Shown: piece by piece, positions 1 to 9,136 of the stretch
Layout of the letters: each line of letters starts with the position of its first letter
Numbering within the stretch: the first letter of the stretch is position 1
Assembly (NCBI RefSeq): GCF_018156225.1
Contig: NZ_JAGTAR010000014.1
Location: 1 to 32,000 of the forward strand
Source of the DNA: Carboxylicivirga sediminis
GTDB lineage: Bacteria; Bacteroidota; Bacteroidia; Bacteroidales; Marinilabiliaceae
Reading direction: 5' to 3'
DNA: 32,000 nucleotides
The notes under the pieces: model-generated
Told to the model about the DNA's origin: nothing
The model's input: the letters and a program-made list of their open reading frames with translations, nothing else
The model's database searches: none
Translations under genes and position numbers: made by a program

Positions 1-238
1 AGAACGCTTACAAATAGTGAGTTTCAAGTGTATATTGACGAAAGAATAGCGGGCTATTTTGAGTCGATTACAAGAAGAAAATTGCTGTTTGTAAGTGGGA
101 TTAACAAGCTTTTAATAAATAACTGATTTACTGCTTCAAATTTTATCGCAATAGTTCACTATTCCTCTAAAATTATTCATTGTAAATCAGCTCTTTATTT
201 TAATCTGAGTTTAAAAATTTAAATCGAACTCAGGTTAA

Positions 239-562
239 TTACTTTTTAATGCGACGATAACTGGCGTAAGTATCCAGTATAGCAGTCAGAATAATAAAGA
301 TGATCCAGTAACCGCGGTGTGCTAGCATGGCCCATGCAGCCAGTAGTAATAAAACAGCACTGTATAGCATGATGGTATATACGCGTTGGTTTTCGGGCTT
401 ACCTACCATGCGGTTGTACAAGCGAATGGCTACCATAATAACCGCACCACCGGCAAAGCACCAGGCACCGTAGGTTAAGCCACTCATATGCATTAGTATT
501 CCTAAAAAAACAAGCGCCATCCCAATGTAGTAGATGACACTCAAAAACTTGTAAATATTCAT
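239..562 (-). CDS. small integral membrane protein, unknown function (107 aa)
   Basis: Uninterrupted ORF with three to four hydrophobic helices (YYIGMALVFLGILMHM, AWCFAGGAVIMVAI, LYSAVLLLLAAWAML, WIIFIILTAIL). It lies 41 nt downstream of the ftsB-like gene on the same strand, so it is probably co-transcribed. Confidence 0.55.
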   Translation of the reverse strand: MNIYKFLSVIYYIGMALVFLGILMHMSGLTYGAWCFAGGAVIMVAIRLYNRMVGKPENQRVYTIMLYSAVLLLLAAWAMLAHRGYWIIFIILTAILDTYASYRRIKK

Positions 563-603
563 GAATTTCTTGTATAATCTGGTTTAAACAGTGCAGGCAG
601 TGG

Positions 604-909
604 CTACTCTTCTTCAACAACAAAAATAACTTCGTCTTTTTTCTTCATCAGGTATTCTTCACGGGCAAACTTCTCAAGATTTTCAATGTTACTCTGCAGT
701 TCATCCATCTTGCGGTTGTTTTGCTCAATTTCGTTGATATAGTGCTGCTTTTGCTTTTCCAATTGGTTGATGCGTCGGGCAAGTCTGTAGCGATCAATCA
801 GGCTATTCTGATCAAATATGGTGATGTAAACAATAAAAGCCAGTGTAGCAAGAAAAAACTTATTGCTGATAAGTGGTTTAATGTATTTCCTGAAACTCGT
901 TTGACTCAT
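604..909 (-). CDS. ftsB: septum formation initiator family protein (FtsB/DivIC-like), 101 aa
   Basis: Short basic N-terminus, one TM helix (FFLATLAFIVYITIF), then a coiled coil ending in LEKFAREEYLMKKKDEVIFVV, which is typical of Bacteroidota FtsB/DivIC proteins. I chose ATG 909 (MSQTSF) over the track start at 954 because a perfect TAnnTTTG box sits at 928-935, inside the extension. Confidence 0.75.
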   Translation of the reverse strand: MSQTSFRKYIKPLISNKFFLATLAFIVYITIFDQNSLIDRYRLARRINQLEKQKQHYINEIEQNNRKMDELQSNIENLEKFAREEYLMKKKDEVIFVVEEE

Positions 910-927
910 TTTGCCTTGTTGTTTCTG

Positions 928-935
928 CAAATGTA
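928..935 (-). promoter_or_regulatory. Bacteroidota -7 promoter box (TACATTTG on minus strand) for the ftsB-like gene
   Basis: Plus-strand caaatgta is the reverse complement of TACATTTG, which matches TAnnTTTG. It lies 18 nt upstream of ATG 909. Confidence 0.4.
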
Positions 936-1000
936 ATGATTTAAGCAACACCATATAAAGGTGAACTGTGATTTATTCAATTGACCATTGTAAATGACAA

Positions 1001-1036
1001 CCGCCTGCCAGATCGAAATGATTTGCCGGCAGGCGG
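1001..1036 (-). terminator. possible stem-loop terminator after the 522-aa gene
   Basis: ccgcctgcc (1001-1009) pairs with ggcaggcgg (1028-1036), giving a 9-bp GC-rich stem. The loop is large (18 nt) and the T-rich tail on the minus strand is only moderate. Confidence 0.3.
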
Positions 1037-1082
1037 ATAATAACCAGAGTTCGATATTAAATTTGGTTCTCTGTTTAATAGC

Positions 1083-2651
1083 TTATTTTAAATCTATTAA
1101 TACTGTCGTGTGGATACGATTCTTTTTAAGTATTTGTGTTTTTAGCTGCACCTTTTGAAAGTCTATTTTTGATGAACTTAAAGTTGATGCATTAAAGAAC
1201 AGGAATTGAGAAGTCTTCCCGGCGAATAGCTCCGGGTAGTGTTGCTTCAATTCTGATGGACTTAATGTTCGCTCCAAATCAACTGGTGTGCTGGTTCCCA
1301 GCAGCCATGTGCTGTGACGCGTATTAAGGTAAAGAGCTTTATCGCTCCCCAGTTTCTTAGCATGGAAGGTATAAGCACCTTCCGACACTTTTTTAATAAG
1401 CTTCAGGTCGTTTTGTAGTATACTTAGCAATGTGGCACCTTTTTGCCTGTTGGGCATATGAATCGCTGCTTTAAAGTCAGGCATATCTCGGCCATTAAGG
1501 CAGCTGTCGGTTATGGCCACAAAGCCATTCCCCAAGTGTTTTGCCAGTTCATCATCAAATGCCAAAAGGGCTAAACGGGCTACTGCACGTTCTTCGCGAT
1601 CAAAATCTTTATAATCAAGATAGCTTGCCAGGTTGTTTTTGAACGAGGCCAGGTTGGCATTGTAGATGTATAGTGCTTGAGTTTTGGCCGGCAGATATTT
1701 GGCTATATGCTTATCAATTGGTTGATTGATGGGCGAAAGCGTTGCTTTATTGACCGCGATGCTGCTGGCTGCAATCTGTTGCGCATTGGCCGATAGTTTG
1801 AACCATACTTCCTCATAATGCTGCATCAAACCCGCTGTGAGTGATGAGTGCTCATAAAGTTCCGGTATTTCATTTCCAAGCACGTTGTAAACATGATAGG
1901 GGATGGCACCAGCATGCTGTGGATTGATATACAGCAAAGCACCACAATCATCAGTATTCTCATCAAATACTTTAGTAAAATCAACCTGGCGTTTGACTGG
2001 CCGGCTTATGGCGTTTTTCTCTGTTTCCAAAAGGGCCTTAAAGCTTAAGGCAGAGTTAACCGAGTCGAGTCTGTCCAGCGAATCCAGTTTAAAGGCTATG
2101 TCCTCATAACCCATGTCATATTTGACGGCGGTATGTTGTATATTTATCAGTCGATTGTATTCCTTTTTTAGCTCCCTGTCAATGGGTTCAATTTGGGCGA
2201 ATATCTTTAATTCAAAATATTCCTTGTTAAACCAAAATATGCCCTTGCGGTATTTACCGCCGTTGATGATGGCGTGCGTCGGATTCAGCTCCTCTATGGT
2301 CAGGTTGTTCTTTTTTAGAATCTCATCTACTTGATTTAATGGGAATTGTTCAAATCTTCTAAACTGCAGCGTATAATGGTTGAAAGCTCCATCTTTGTGT
2401 CCGTAGAGGCATACTTCCTTTGCAGATTGAATGAGTTCACTTTTAATGTTATAAGTAAATTCACTTAAAAACTCAGAGAGCAATTCTGACGTAAACTTGT
2501 CTTTGTTGAAGTAGGTCAAAAACATCAGGCTGTCTTTGGAGACGTTTTCATATAGTTTATGTGCCTGTTGCTGCGCGTGCAATGGCATAATGCAGCTGAT
2601 AGCCAATAGCAGACATGCCATTAGCTTCAATGTGTTTTGTTTAAAATTCAT
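1083..2651 (-). CDS. secreted protein of unknown function (522 aa)
   Basis: Long clean ORF with an N-terminal signal peptide (MNFKQNTLKLMACLLLAISCIMPLHAQQ). I recognise no catalytic or family motif. Confidence 0.7.
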   Translation of the reverse strand: MNFKQNTLKLMACLLLAISCIMPLHAQQQAHKLYENVSKDSLMFLTYFNKDKFTSELLSEFLSEFTYNIKSELIQSAKEVCLYGHKDGAFNHYTLQFRRFEQFPLNQVDEILKKNNLTIEELNPTHAIINGGKYRKGIFWFNKEYFELKIFAQIEPIDRELKKEYNRLINIQHTAVKYDMGYEDIAFKLDSLDRLDSVNSALSFKALLETEKNAISRPVKRQVDFTKVFDENTDDCGALLYINPQHAGAIPYHVYNVLGNEIPELYEHSSLTAGLMQHYEEVWFKLSANAQQIAASSIAVNKATLSPINQPIDKHIAKYLPAKTQALYIYNANLASFKNNLASYLDYKDFDREERAVARLALLAFDDELAKHLGNGFVAITDSCLNGRDMPDFKAAIHMPNRQKGATLLSILQNDLKLIKKVSEGAYTFHAKKLGSDKALYLNTRHSTWLLGTSTPVDLERTLSPSELKQHYPELFAGKTSQFLFFNASTLSSSKIDFQKVQLKTQILKKNRIHTTVLIDLK

Positions 2652-2941
2652 AATTCTTTTTTTTGGTATTAGAGAAAATATAGAATGTATTGTGACGAAT
2701 GCTCAATAGCATGCACTATTTGCTAATGAGTGTCAGGTGAGTTGTTAAGCGATATCAGCAGTTTTGATTTATATTTATGATAATAATCAGAGCATGCAAA
2801 ACTATCATTTTTTATCATAAATCAAGCGCAAAAAGGTTTGACATTGCGTACTATTCTTTTGCAGTGTTCCTTAGGAGATAATTAGAAAATAGTAATCGGT
2901 AGTATGTGGCCGGAAGAGCCTGGTGTAACTAAAGTGAGGGC

Positions 2942-2966
2942 AAAAAAAAAGCCCCGATAACGGGGC
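2942..2966 (-). terminator. rho-independent terminator of the P5C dehydrogenase gene
   Basis: On the minus strand this reads gccccg-ttat-cggggc followed by nine T. It starts 9 nt after the stop codon at 2975-2977. Confidence 0.85.
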
Positions 2967-2974
2967 TTATAGAA

Positions 2975-4603
2975 TTATTCTGCTAAGAAAGGATATTTGA
3001 AATCGTGTGGCGGAACAAAGTTTTCCTTAATGGTGCGTGGGCTTACCCAACGCATCAGGTTAATGGCCGAACCAGCCTTATCGTTTGTACCTGAACCACG
3101 AGAACCACCAAATGGCTGCTGACCTACAACGGCGCCTGTTGGCTTATCGTTGATGTAGAAGTTACCAGCTGTGTCAACCAATCGCTTGGTAGCTTTTTCA
3201 ATAATGTAACGATCCTGTGCAAAGATACAACCTGTTAATGCATAGATAGAAGTAGAGTCAAGGATATCCATTGTTTCCTCAAACTTGTTATCGTCGTATA
3301 CATAAATGGTTAATACCGGGCCGAACAACTCTTCTTCCATCGTGCGGTACTTAGGATTGGTTGTAAGTATGATAGTAGGCTCAATAAAATAACCAACCGA
3401 CTTATCATGACCACCACCCAGAATCACTTTTGCTTCATTACTTTCTTTTGCTTCGTCAATAGCACCAGCTAACAAGTCAAAAGAAGTCTCATCGATAACA
3501 GCGTTTACAAAGTTGCTGAAATCTTCAGGAGGTCCCATTTTTACTTCTGCCATCTGCTCTTTTACATAGCCAAAAATCTCTTCCCAGCGACTGGCTGGCA
3601 TATAGGCGCGAGAGGCAGCTGAACATTTCTGTCCCTGGTATTCGAAGGCTCCACGAACAATAGCAGTAGCCACCCCTTTAGCATCGCATGATTTGTGTGC
3701 CAGAATGTAATCTTTACCACCTGTTTCACCTACGATACGTGGGTATGTTTTGTATTTGGCAATGTTATCACCAATGGCTTTCCAGGTGCTTTGGAATACA
3801 CCCGTAGAACCGGTAAAGTGGAAACCTGCGAAATCAGGGTGAGAGAAAATCTCTTTAGCAGCCACAGGACCCGATGCATACACCAGGTTGATAACACCAT
3901 CAGGTACACCTGCTTCTTTGAATAACTTCATTAAGAAATAAGCCGAGTAAACAGCAGTCTTCGATGGTTTCCACACAGTAACGTTACCCATCATGGCAGG
4001 AGCTGTTTGCAGGTTGCCAGCAATAGAAGTAAAGTTAAATGGTGTGAGTGCAAATACGAAACCTTCCAAAGGACGGTACTCAACACGATCCCAGATGCCA
4101 GGCGCCGATTCAGGCTGACCAGCATAAATTTCGGTCATGTATTGTACGTTGAAGCGGAAGAAGTCAGCCAGCTCACAGGCTGAATCAATCTCGGCCTGGA
4201 ATGCATTTTTTGACTGACCTAACATGGTAGCAGCATTAATTAACTGACGGTAAGGACCGGCCAATAAATCGGCTGCTTTTAAGAAGATAGCCGCACGGTG
4301 CTCCCAGCTCAGGTTAACCCACTGCTTACGCGCTTTCAATGCTGCGTCAATCGCCATGTGTACATGAGTCTCATCTCCCTGGTGATAATGACCTAGAGTA
4401 TGGGCGATTTCGTGTGGTGGGTGAATACGTTTTGTATTACCTGTTCTGATTTCTTCACCACCAATAAACATAGGGATGTCAAGCTCTTGCGAGCGAAGCT
4501 CTTCCAACATCTTTTTTAACTCGGCGCGCTCTGGTGTGCCCGGAGCGTAGCTTTTAATCGGCTCATTAACAGCCGGCGGTACTTGAAAAATTCCTTTTGG
4601 CAT
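2975..4603 (-). CDS. pruA: L-glutamate gamma-semialdehyde (1-pyrroline-5-carboxylate) dehydrogenase, 542 aa
   Basis: Aldehyde dehydrogenase superfamily with the catalytic Cys motif EYQGQKCSAASR and the Glu motif VGETGGKD. The N-terminal FQVPPAVNEPIKSYAPGTPER...HPPHE pattern is typical of monofunctional P5CDH. I chose ATG 4603 (MPKGIF); the track extension adds 11 aa. Confidence 0.9.
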   Translation of the reverse strand: MPKGIFQVPPAVNEPIKSYAPGTPERAELKKMLEELRSQELDIPMFIGGEEIRTGNTKRIHPPHEIAHTLGHYHQGDETHVHMAIDAALKARKQWVNLSWEHRAAIFLKAADLLAGPYRQLINAATMLGQSKNAFQAEIDSACELADFFRFNVQYMTEIYAGQPESAPGIWDRVEYRPLEGFVFALTPFNFTSIAGNLQTAPAMMGNVTVWKPSKTAVYSAYFLMKLFKEAGVPDGVINLVYASGPVAAKEIFSHPDFAGFHFTGSTGVFQSTWKAIGDNIAKYKTYPRIVGETGGKDYILAHKSCDAKGVATAIVRGAFEYQGQKCSAASRAYMPASRWEEIFGYVKEQMAEVKMGPPEDFSNFVNAVIDETSFDLLAGAIDEAKESNEAKVILGGGHDKSVGYFIEPTIILTTNPKYRTMEEELFGPVLTIYVYDDNKFEETMDILDSTSIYALTGCIFAQDRYIIEKATKRLVDTAGNFYINDKPTGAVVGQQPFGGSRGSGTNDKAGSAINLMRWVSPRTIKENFVPPHDFKYPFLAE

Positions 4604-4633
4604 AGATTTTATTTTTTTGGTTGTTACAATAGT

Positions 4634-4641
4634 CAAATGTA
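4634..4641 (-). promoter_or_regulatory. Bacteroidota -7 promoter box (TACATTTG on minus strand) for pruA
   Basis: Plus-strand caaatgta is the reverse complement of TACATTTG. It lies 30 nt upstream of ATG 4603 and overlaps the track's N-terminal extension (track start 4636). Confidence 0.4.
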
Positions 4642-4959
4642 TGACCTTAAACGAATAGATTCTAATCCAAAATCATCTGAGTGAAACAAATCTATGAAAT
4701 AAAAAAGCCGATGTACATGAAATATGTCAGGGTTTGAAATGAATTTAGGTAATATTTATCAGCTTTTCTTTTAACAAGCTTACGATTTAAAGTATCATGA
4801 CAAATGCTAAGCCAGCCACCTGTATGGTCACGCAAGATTACGCTTAGTAGCAGCAAGCACTTTACTTTGGATATTTTTTAGCCTAAATTAGCTAATGCAT
4901 TAACCTGCAATCTATAAGCAATTCGTGTTTTCTGGTTTGTTAAATTTAATTCGAAAGAC

Positions 4960-6009
4960 ATGAGAAAAATGATCAAAGCTTTCACAATGCTTGCGGGCAT
5001 TGTGTTGATGACTCAGGCCTGCTCTTATATTGATAAGATTGGGGGAAAGGCCGACCTGCTTGATAGGCTCCACGAGAAACGACTTGAGGTGGGACGTGCC
5101 TTATTGGAAGTAACATCAGGTGGGGTAGATGATGTACTTCCTTATTACTCGCACGATATTGAATACCACGATCCGATTGTGGATATCTATGGAATTGAAC
5201 ACATGACCGGTTTCCTTAATCAGCTCATCGAAGATTCTTCGCCAGATTTAAGAACGATTGTTGTGGATGAAACTCTCATTGATGATATCTATTCGGCCAC
5301 ATGGATAATGGATGGCAGTTTCAACGGCATTCCCTATGAGGCTAAAGGTATTTCTATCTTTAAGTTTAAGCCTAACACTTTCCAGGTTTACTACCAGCGA
5401 GATTATTATTCTGAGGGCGACATCATGGCAACAATAGATGGTATGGATGATTTGATGGCTGTTTTCAGGGCACAGTACAGGTGCGTGGTGGATCCAACTT
5501 TTGACTGTCCGTTTCCTCCTGTAAGTGCAGTTAATCAATTAAAATCAAGCAAAAAGCTCCTAAAAGAGCAGCTGAGTGTCGGACGTCAGCTTGTAGAAAT
5601 GCATGCGGGTAACTGGACAGAGGTGCTACCTTTCCTGTCTGACAATTACGAGTATCACGATCCAATTGTCGATATTGTTGGACCAGAAACAATGACACAG
5701 TTTCTGGCACGTTTATTTGCTGGCTCATCGAACCTGTACACCATCGTTGAGGATGAAACACTGGTGGACGATATTTATATGGCAACCTGGACCATGACAG
5801 GTTCGTTTAACGGGGCCGAGTTTAGTGCTCCCGGTATGTCAATTGTTAAGTTTGTTGACGGAACAAGCGACGTTTATTACTCCAGAGACTACTACTCAGA
5901 GGGTGATATAATGCTTGGTATCCCTGAATTGGCTGAAGCAGTAATGGGTTTCCGCTACTATTACCTTTGTGCTGTAGATCCGCAGTATGATTGCCCGACG
6001 GCACCTTAG
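4960..6009 (+). CDS. lipoprotein with two tandem SnoaL/NTF2-like domains (349 aa)
   Basis: Signal peptide with a lipobox-like TQAC. Residues about 33-186 and 196-349 align with each other (shared blocks EYHDPIVDI, DETL.DDIY.ATW.M.GSFNG, YY.RDYYSEGDIM, C.VDP..DCP). The fold assignment comes from the overall pattern only. Confidence 0.7.
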   Translation: MRKMIKAFTMLAGIVLMTQACSYIDKIGGKADLLDRLHEKRLEVGRALLEVTSGGVDDVLPYYSHDIEYHDPIVDIYGIEHMTGFLNQLIEDSSPDLRTIVVDETLIDDIYSATWIMDGSFNGIPYEAKGISIFKFKPNTFQVYYQRDYYSEGDIMATIDGMDDLMAVFRAQYRCVVDPTFDCPFPPVSAVNQLKSSKKLLKEQLSVGRQLVEMHAGNWTEVLPFLSDNYEYHDPIVDIVGPETMTQFLARLFAGSSNLYTIVEDETLVDDIYMATWTMTGSFNGAEFSAPGMSIVKFVDGTSDVYYSRDYYSEGDIMLGIPELAEAVMGFRYYYLCAVDPQYDCPTAP

Positions 6010-6057
6010 TAACTGACCTTACTATTCGAAAATTATTTACTAATCAAACAGGTGATG

Positions 6058-6090
6058 AAGCTGTCCATTTTTTCTGGCAGCTTTGTTTTT
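6058..6090 (+). terminator. rho-independent terminator after the tandem-domain lipoprotein gene
   Basis: aagctgtc (6058-6065) pairs with ggcagctt (6076-6083) with one G-U wobble, followed by tgttttt. Confidence 0.6.
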
Positions 6091-6280
6091 GCATTTACTC
6101 CAAAGTGTTAATTTTCAGATAAAGTGTCAGGCTGCCACAGGCCGCTTTATTCAACTTAAGACTTAGCTGGAAATTATGCATTAGAACTAGCCGGATTTTC
6201 GATGTAAGTATCGAAAGATTGAGATAGGTAATTTTCAATTATTGTGGAAATGCTTTTAGGGTTGCCATGTCATTCAACTA

Positions 6281-7615
6281 TTATCTGAGGCTATGCTTTA
6301 TTGAGTTGGATATATTAACGCCAATCAACCGTTCGTAGTTATCACCCACACTTCTGTAGTACACATAGATGATATAATCATTCTCGGTTTGTACAAAACT
6401 ACCTTCAAATCGCTCCACTTCTGCTTTGGTATGTCCTTGCTCCAGAAAATGGTACTGGTAGTTGTAAAAACCTTGCTTCAGCAGCAGGGTTAGTTCATAC
6501 ATATGCGTATTGAAATTGTATTCCATGCGGTTGTTGGAATTCAGCTGCCAGTCGTTTAAGCCGCCTGTTACATATATGTGTCCATCTACAAAGGGGGCCT
6601 GAACCGGTAATCTGAAATGTACATATACATAATCTGCCTCAATAACCGGATCGCGGTTTTCTTTAACATCAATGTAATAACGGCCATTAAAATCTTCGCG
6701 ATAGAAATACGGTTTCCGGCCCATTAACTTATCCGGAAACAGCGTAAAGTGATAGTGGGGATCAAAAAACGAAATCTCCGAAACATGCTCAGGTGCAAAG
6801 CGGGTGCTTCTTATATCCAGCCAGCGATATTCATTGCCACCATCAAACAGGTTCTCACGATTATAGGTATAGTCCAGTTCTTCGTTGCGTATAAACAGGG
6901 GTTTCAGATTATCAATCTGGTTATCCCAGCGCCCGTTTTGCTGAAGTACTACTTTTAATTCTTCGCGTGGATTATTAATTCTGAAATTGGGATGAAGTAT
7001 GGTAAAGTTAACTTCCTGCATCGACTCCCTGAAGTTGGAGTTGGAAGTAAACTTGATGCGCGGCAAGATGCTTACCAATGATTCTGTCACATAAAACGGG
7101 CGAATCAGCACAGGTTCATCCTCCCGGCCCAATTCAAATATTTTTATGATGTAGTTGCCCGATAGCTTCAACTTGATATCCTCGTTGGGAAAATCGAGCT
7201 GGTAATGAATATAGTCAAAGGTGGTGTTAAAAGAATATTGGTAGTCATCCACCGAGTTCGGCATAAAGCCATCAATGTACTCAGTTTGCATCAGGTTTGA
7301 CTCTTCCCAGTCCGAAGTGCAATGAATAATCCTGTATTGATAGTTTTTTGATTCGTAGGCAAAATCATCAAAAGAGAGGGTAAGCTGTTCGCTGGGATAC
7401 AGGTTGATTATGGGTTGCGACATGCTCCAGCCTTTCTTATGCAACTGAACGGTACGTATGTGCGAGGCTGTTTGAACCGGATTATTGGCCATGCTGGCAG
7501 TCCAACTCAAAACACAAATAAAGATGCTGCTCAAGAAGCGCTTTAGTAATGTGAAAAATGAGCCTAAATCAGGATGTGAAGTATCTATATATTTATAGGT
7601 GTTAAAATAATCCAT
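6281..7615 (-). CDS. DUF5103-like protein (type IX secretion plug-protein family), 444 aa
   Basis: The size and the N-terminal pattern (IRTVQLHKKGW..SQPIINL...L.LSFDD......Y.Y.IIHC..DWE.S.L...EY.DGF) match my memory of the DUF5103 / T9SS plug family. I chose ATG 7615 (MDYFN) because the track start at 7759 would run across the divergent promoter and 53 nt into nqrA. Confidence 0.5.
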   Translation of the reverse strand: MDYFNTYKYIDTSHPDLGSFFTLLKRFLSSIFICVLSWTASMANNPVQTASHIRTVQLHKKGWSMSQPIINLYPSEQLTLSFDDFAYESKNYQYRIIHCTSDWEESNLMQTEYIDGFMPNSVDDYQYSFNTTFDYIHYQLDFPNEDIKLKLSGNYIIKIFELGREDEPVLIRPFYVTESLVSILPRIKFTSNSNFRESMQEVNFTILHPNFRINNPREELKVVLQQNGRWDNQIDNLKPLFIRNEELDYTYNRENLFDGGNEYRWLDIRSTRFAPEHVSEISFFDPHYHFTLFPDKLMGRKPYFYREDFNGRYYIDVKENRDPVIEADYVYVHFRLPVQAPFVDGHIYVTGGLNDWQLNSNNRMEYNFNTHMYELTLLLKQGFYNYQYHFLEQGHTKAEVERFEGSFVQTENDYIIYVYYRSVGDNYERLIGVNISNSIKHSLR

Positions 7616-7667
7616 GCCATATGCGTTTTTACAAGTGCAATATATGTGGATTAGTGATAAATTTATG

Positions 7668-7675
7668 TATTTTTG
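7668..7675 (+). promoter_or_regulatory. Bacteroidota -7 promoter box (TATTTTTG) for the nqr operon
   Basis: Exact TAnnTTTG match 31 nt upstream of the nqrA ATG at 7707. Confidence 0.45.
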
Positions 7676-7706
7676 CGCGTAAAAATAAAAAAACCGTTTT
7701 TCAAAC

Positions 7707-9056
7707 ATGTCAGAGGTAATAAAAATCAAAAAAGGTCTTGATATCCAGCTGGCCGGCAAAGCCGATAAGGTATTCGGGCAAGCTGAATTACCCGAGCTTT
7801 TTGCAGTGAAGCCTACCGATTTTCACGGTGTGGTACCAAAAATGGCTGTCAAAGTTGGGGACAAGGTGAAAGCGGGTACAGTTTTATTTTTTGACAAGTA
7901 TCGTCCGGAAATAAAATTTGTGTCTCCCGTTAGTGGAGAGTTGGCTGCGGTTAACCGTGGCGAACGCCGTAGAATCCTTGAAGTAATCGTTAAGGCTGAT
8001 GGAGCAGATGAAAAAGAGCAGTTTGGAGCTGCCAACGCTGCCGACCTTTCAAAAGAACAAGTAGTTGAGAAAATGCAAGCTGCAGGCTTATGGCCGTTTA
8101 TTCGTAAACGTCCGTATGATGTAATTGCTAATGCTGACGAAACACCTAAAGCATTCTTTATTTCAGGTTTTGACAGTGCGCCTTTAGCACCAGATATGGA
8201 CTTTGTTCTATCAGGTCAGGAGGAAGCTTTGCAAGCCGGTATCGATGTAATTAAGCGTTTGTGCGACAACGTACATGTTGGTGTACAAAATGATGCAGCT
8301 TCAAAGGTATTCAAAAACCTGAATGGGGTAACTGTTCACACCTTCAGCGGGCCACACCCTGCCGGTAACGTTGGTGTGCAAATTCACCATACCATGCCTA
8401 TAAGTAAAGGTGAGGTAGTATGGGTAGCTCAACCGCAGGAAATAATTGCCATTGGTAAGTTGTTTACCGAAGGTGTTTATGATGCCAACCGTATTGTTGT
8501 ATTGGCTGGTAGTGAAGTTGAAAAGAAGGGCTATTACCGTACCAAGTTAGGCGCCAGCATCTCTACATTAGTGAAAAACAATGTTAAAACCGACGATACA
8601 TTGCGTTATATCAGCGGTAATGTATTAACAGGTACTCAAGTTGAAGAAGATGGTTTCCTTGGAACATATCATTCACAGGTAACCGTCATTCCTGAAGGTG
8701 ATTATTACGAATTTATGGGATGGGCAATGCCTGGTTTCAATAAATTCAGTATGTCACACTCTTTCTTCAGCTGGATGTGTAAAAAGAAAGAATATCGCCT
8801 GGATGCAAATATGCACGGTGGTCTTCGTTCGTTTGTGGTATCAGGTCAGTACGATAAAGTGCTGCCAATGGATATTTTGCCAGAGTTCTTATTCAGAGCC
8901 ATATTGGTAGAAGATATCGATAAAATGGAGCAACTCGGTATTTATGAGTTAGCCGAAGAAGACATCGCTCTTTGTGAGTTTGTATGTACTTCAAAACAGC
9001 CGCTCCAAGCCACTTTGCGTAAGGGTATTGATTTAATGATTAAGGAGTTGAGTTAA
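7707..9056 (+). CDS. nqrA: Na+-translocating NADH:quinone oxidoreductase subunit A
   Basis: The 449-aa soluble subunit begins IKIKKGLDI.L.G, as NqrA proteins typically do. It is the first gene of a six-gene nqr operon in canonical order. Confidence 0.93.
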   Translation: MSEVIKIKKGLDIQLAGKADKVFGQAELPELFAVKPTDFHGVVPKMAVKVGDKVKAGTVLFFDKYRPEIKFVSPVSGELAAVNRGERRRILEVIVKADGADEKEQFGAANAADLSKEQVVEKMQAAGLWPFIRKRPYDVIANADETPKAFFISGFDSAPLAPDMDFVLSGQEEALQAGIDVIKRLCDNVHVGVQNDAASKVFKNLNGVTVHTFSGPHPAGNVGVQIHHTMPISKGEVVWVAQPQEIIAIGKLFTEGVYDANRIVVLAGSEVEKKGYYRTKLGASISTLVKNNVKTDDTLRYISGNVLTGTQVEEDGFLGTYHSQVTVIPEGDYYEFMGWAMPGFNKFSMSHSFFSWMCKKKEYRLDANMHGGLRSFVVSGQYDKVLPMDILPEFLFRAILVEDIDKMEQLGIYELAEEDIALCEFVCTSKQPLQATLRKGIDLMIKELS

Positions 9057-9057
9057 A

Positions 9058-9115
9058 TTAGTCAGTAGTCAGAAGTGAGAAGACAGAAGTGATTCGTCTA
9101 TTGCCTGCTGACTAA
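9058..9115 (+). other. intra-operon stem-loop in the nqrA-nqrB spacer
   Basis: ttagtcagtag (9058-9068) pairs with ctgctgactaa (9105-9115), 11 bp with one mismatch. It encloses a purine-rich loop carrying a duplicated agaagtga (9071-9078 and 9085-9092). Confidence 0.4.
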
Positions 9116-9136
9116 TAACTATAAAACTAATATACA

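Noticed and set aside
1-126. Open frame running from the window edge to TGA 124-126 (…EFQVYIDERIAGYFESITRRKLLFVSGINKLLINN), possibly the 3' end of an upstream plus-strand gene. A weak hairpin follows at 205-233.
   Set aside because: Only 41 codons are visible, there is no recognisable motif, and the hairpin is 7 bp and AT-rich. That is too little to support a feature call.
4830-4843. ACGCAAG and TTACGC words in the pruA/lipoprotein intergenic region (tcacgcaagattacgc) that resemble the array core
   Set aside because: Words of 6-7 nt are expected several times by chance in 64 kb of two-strand sequence. There is no palindrome partner or periodicity here.
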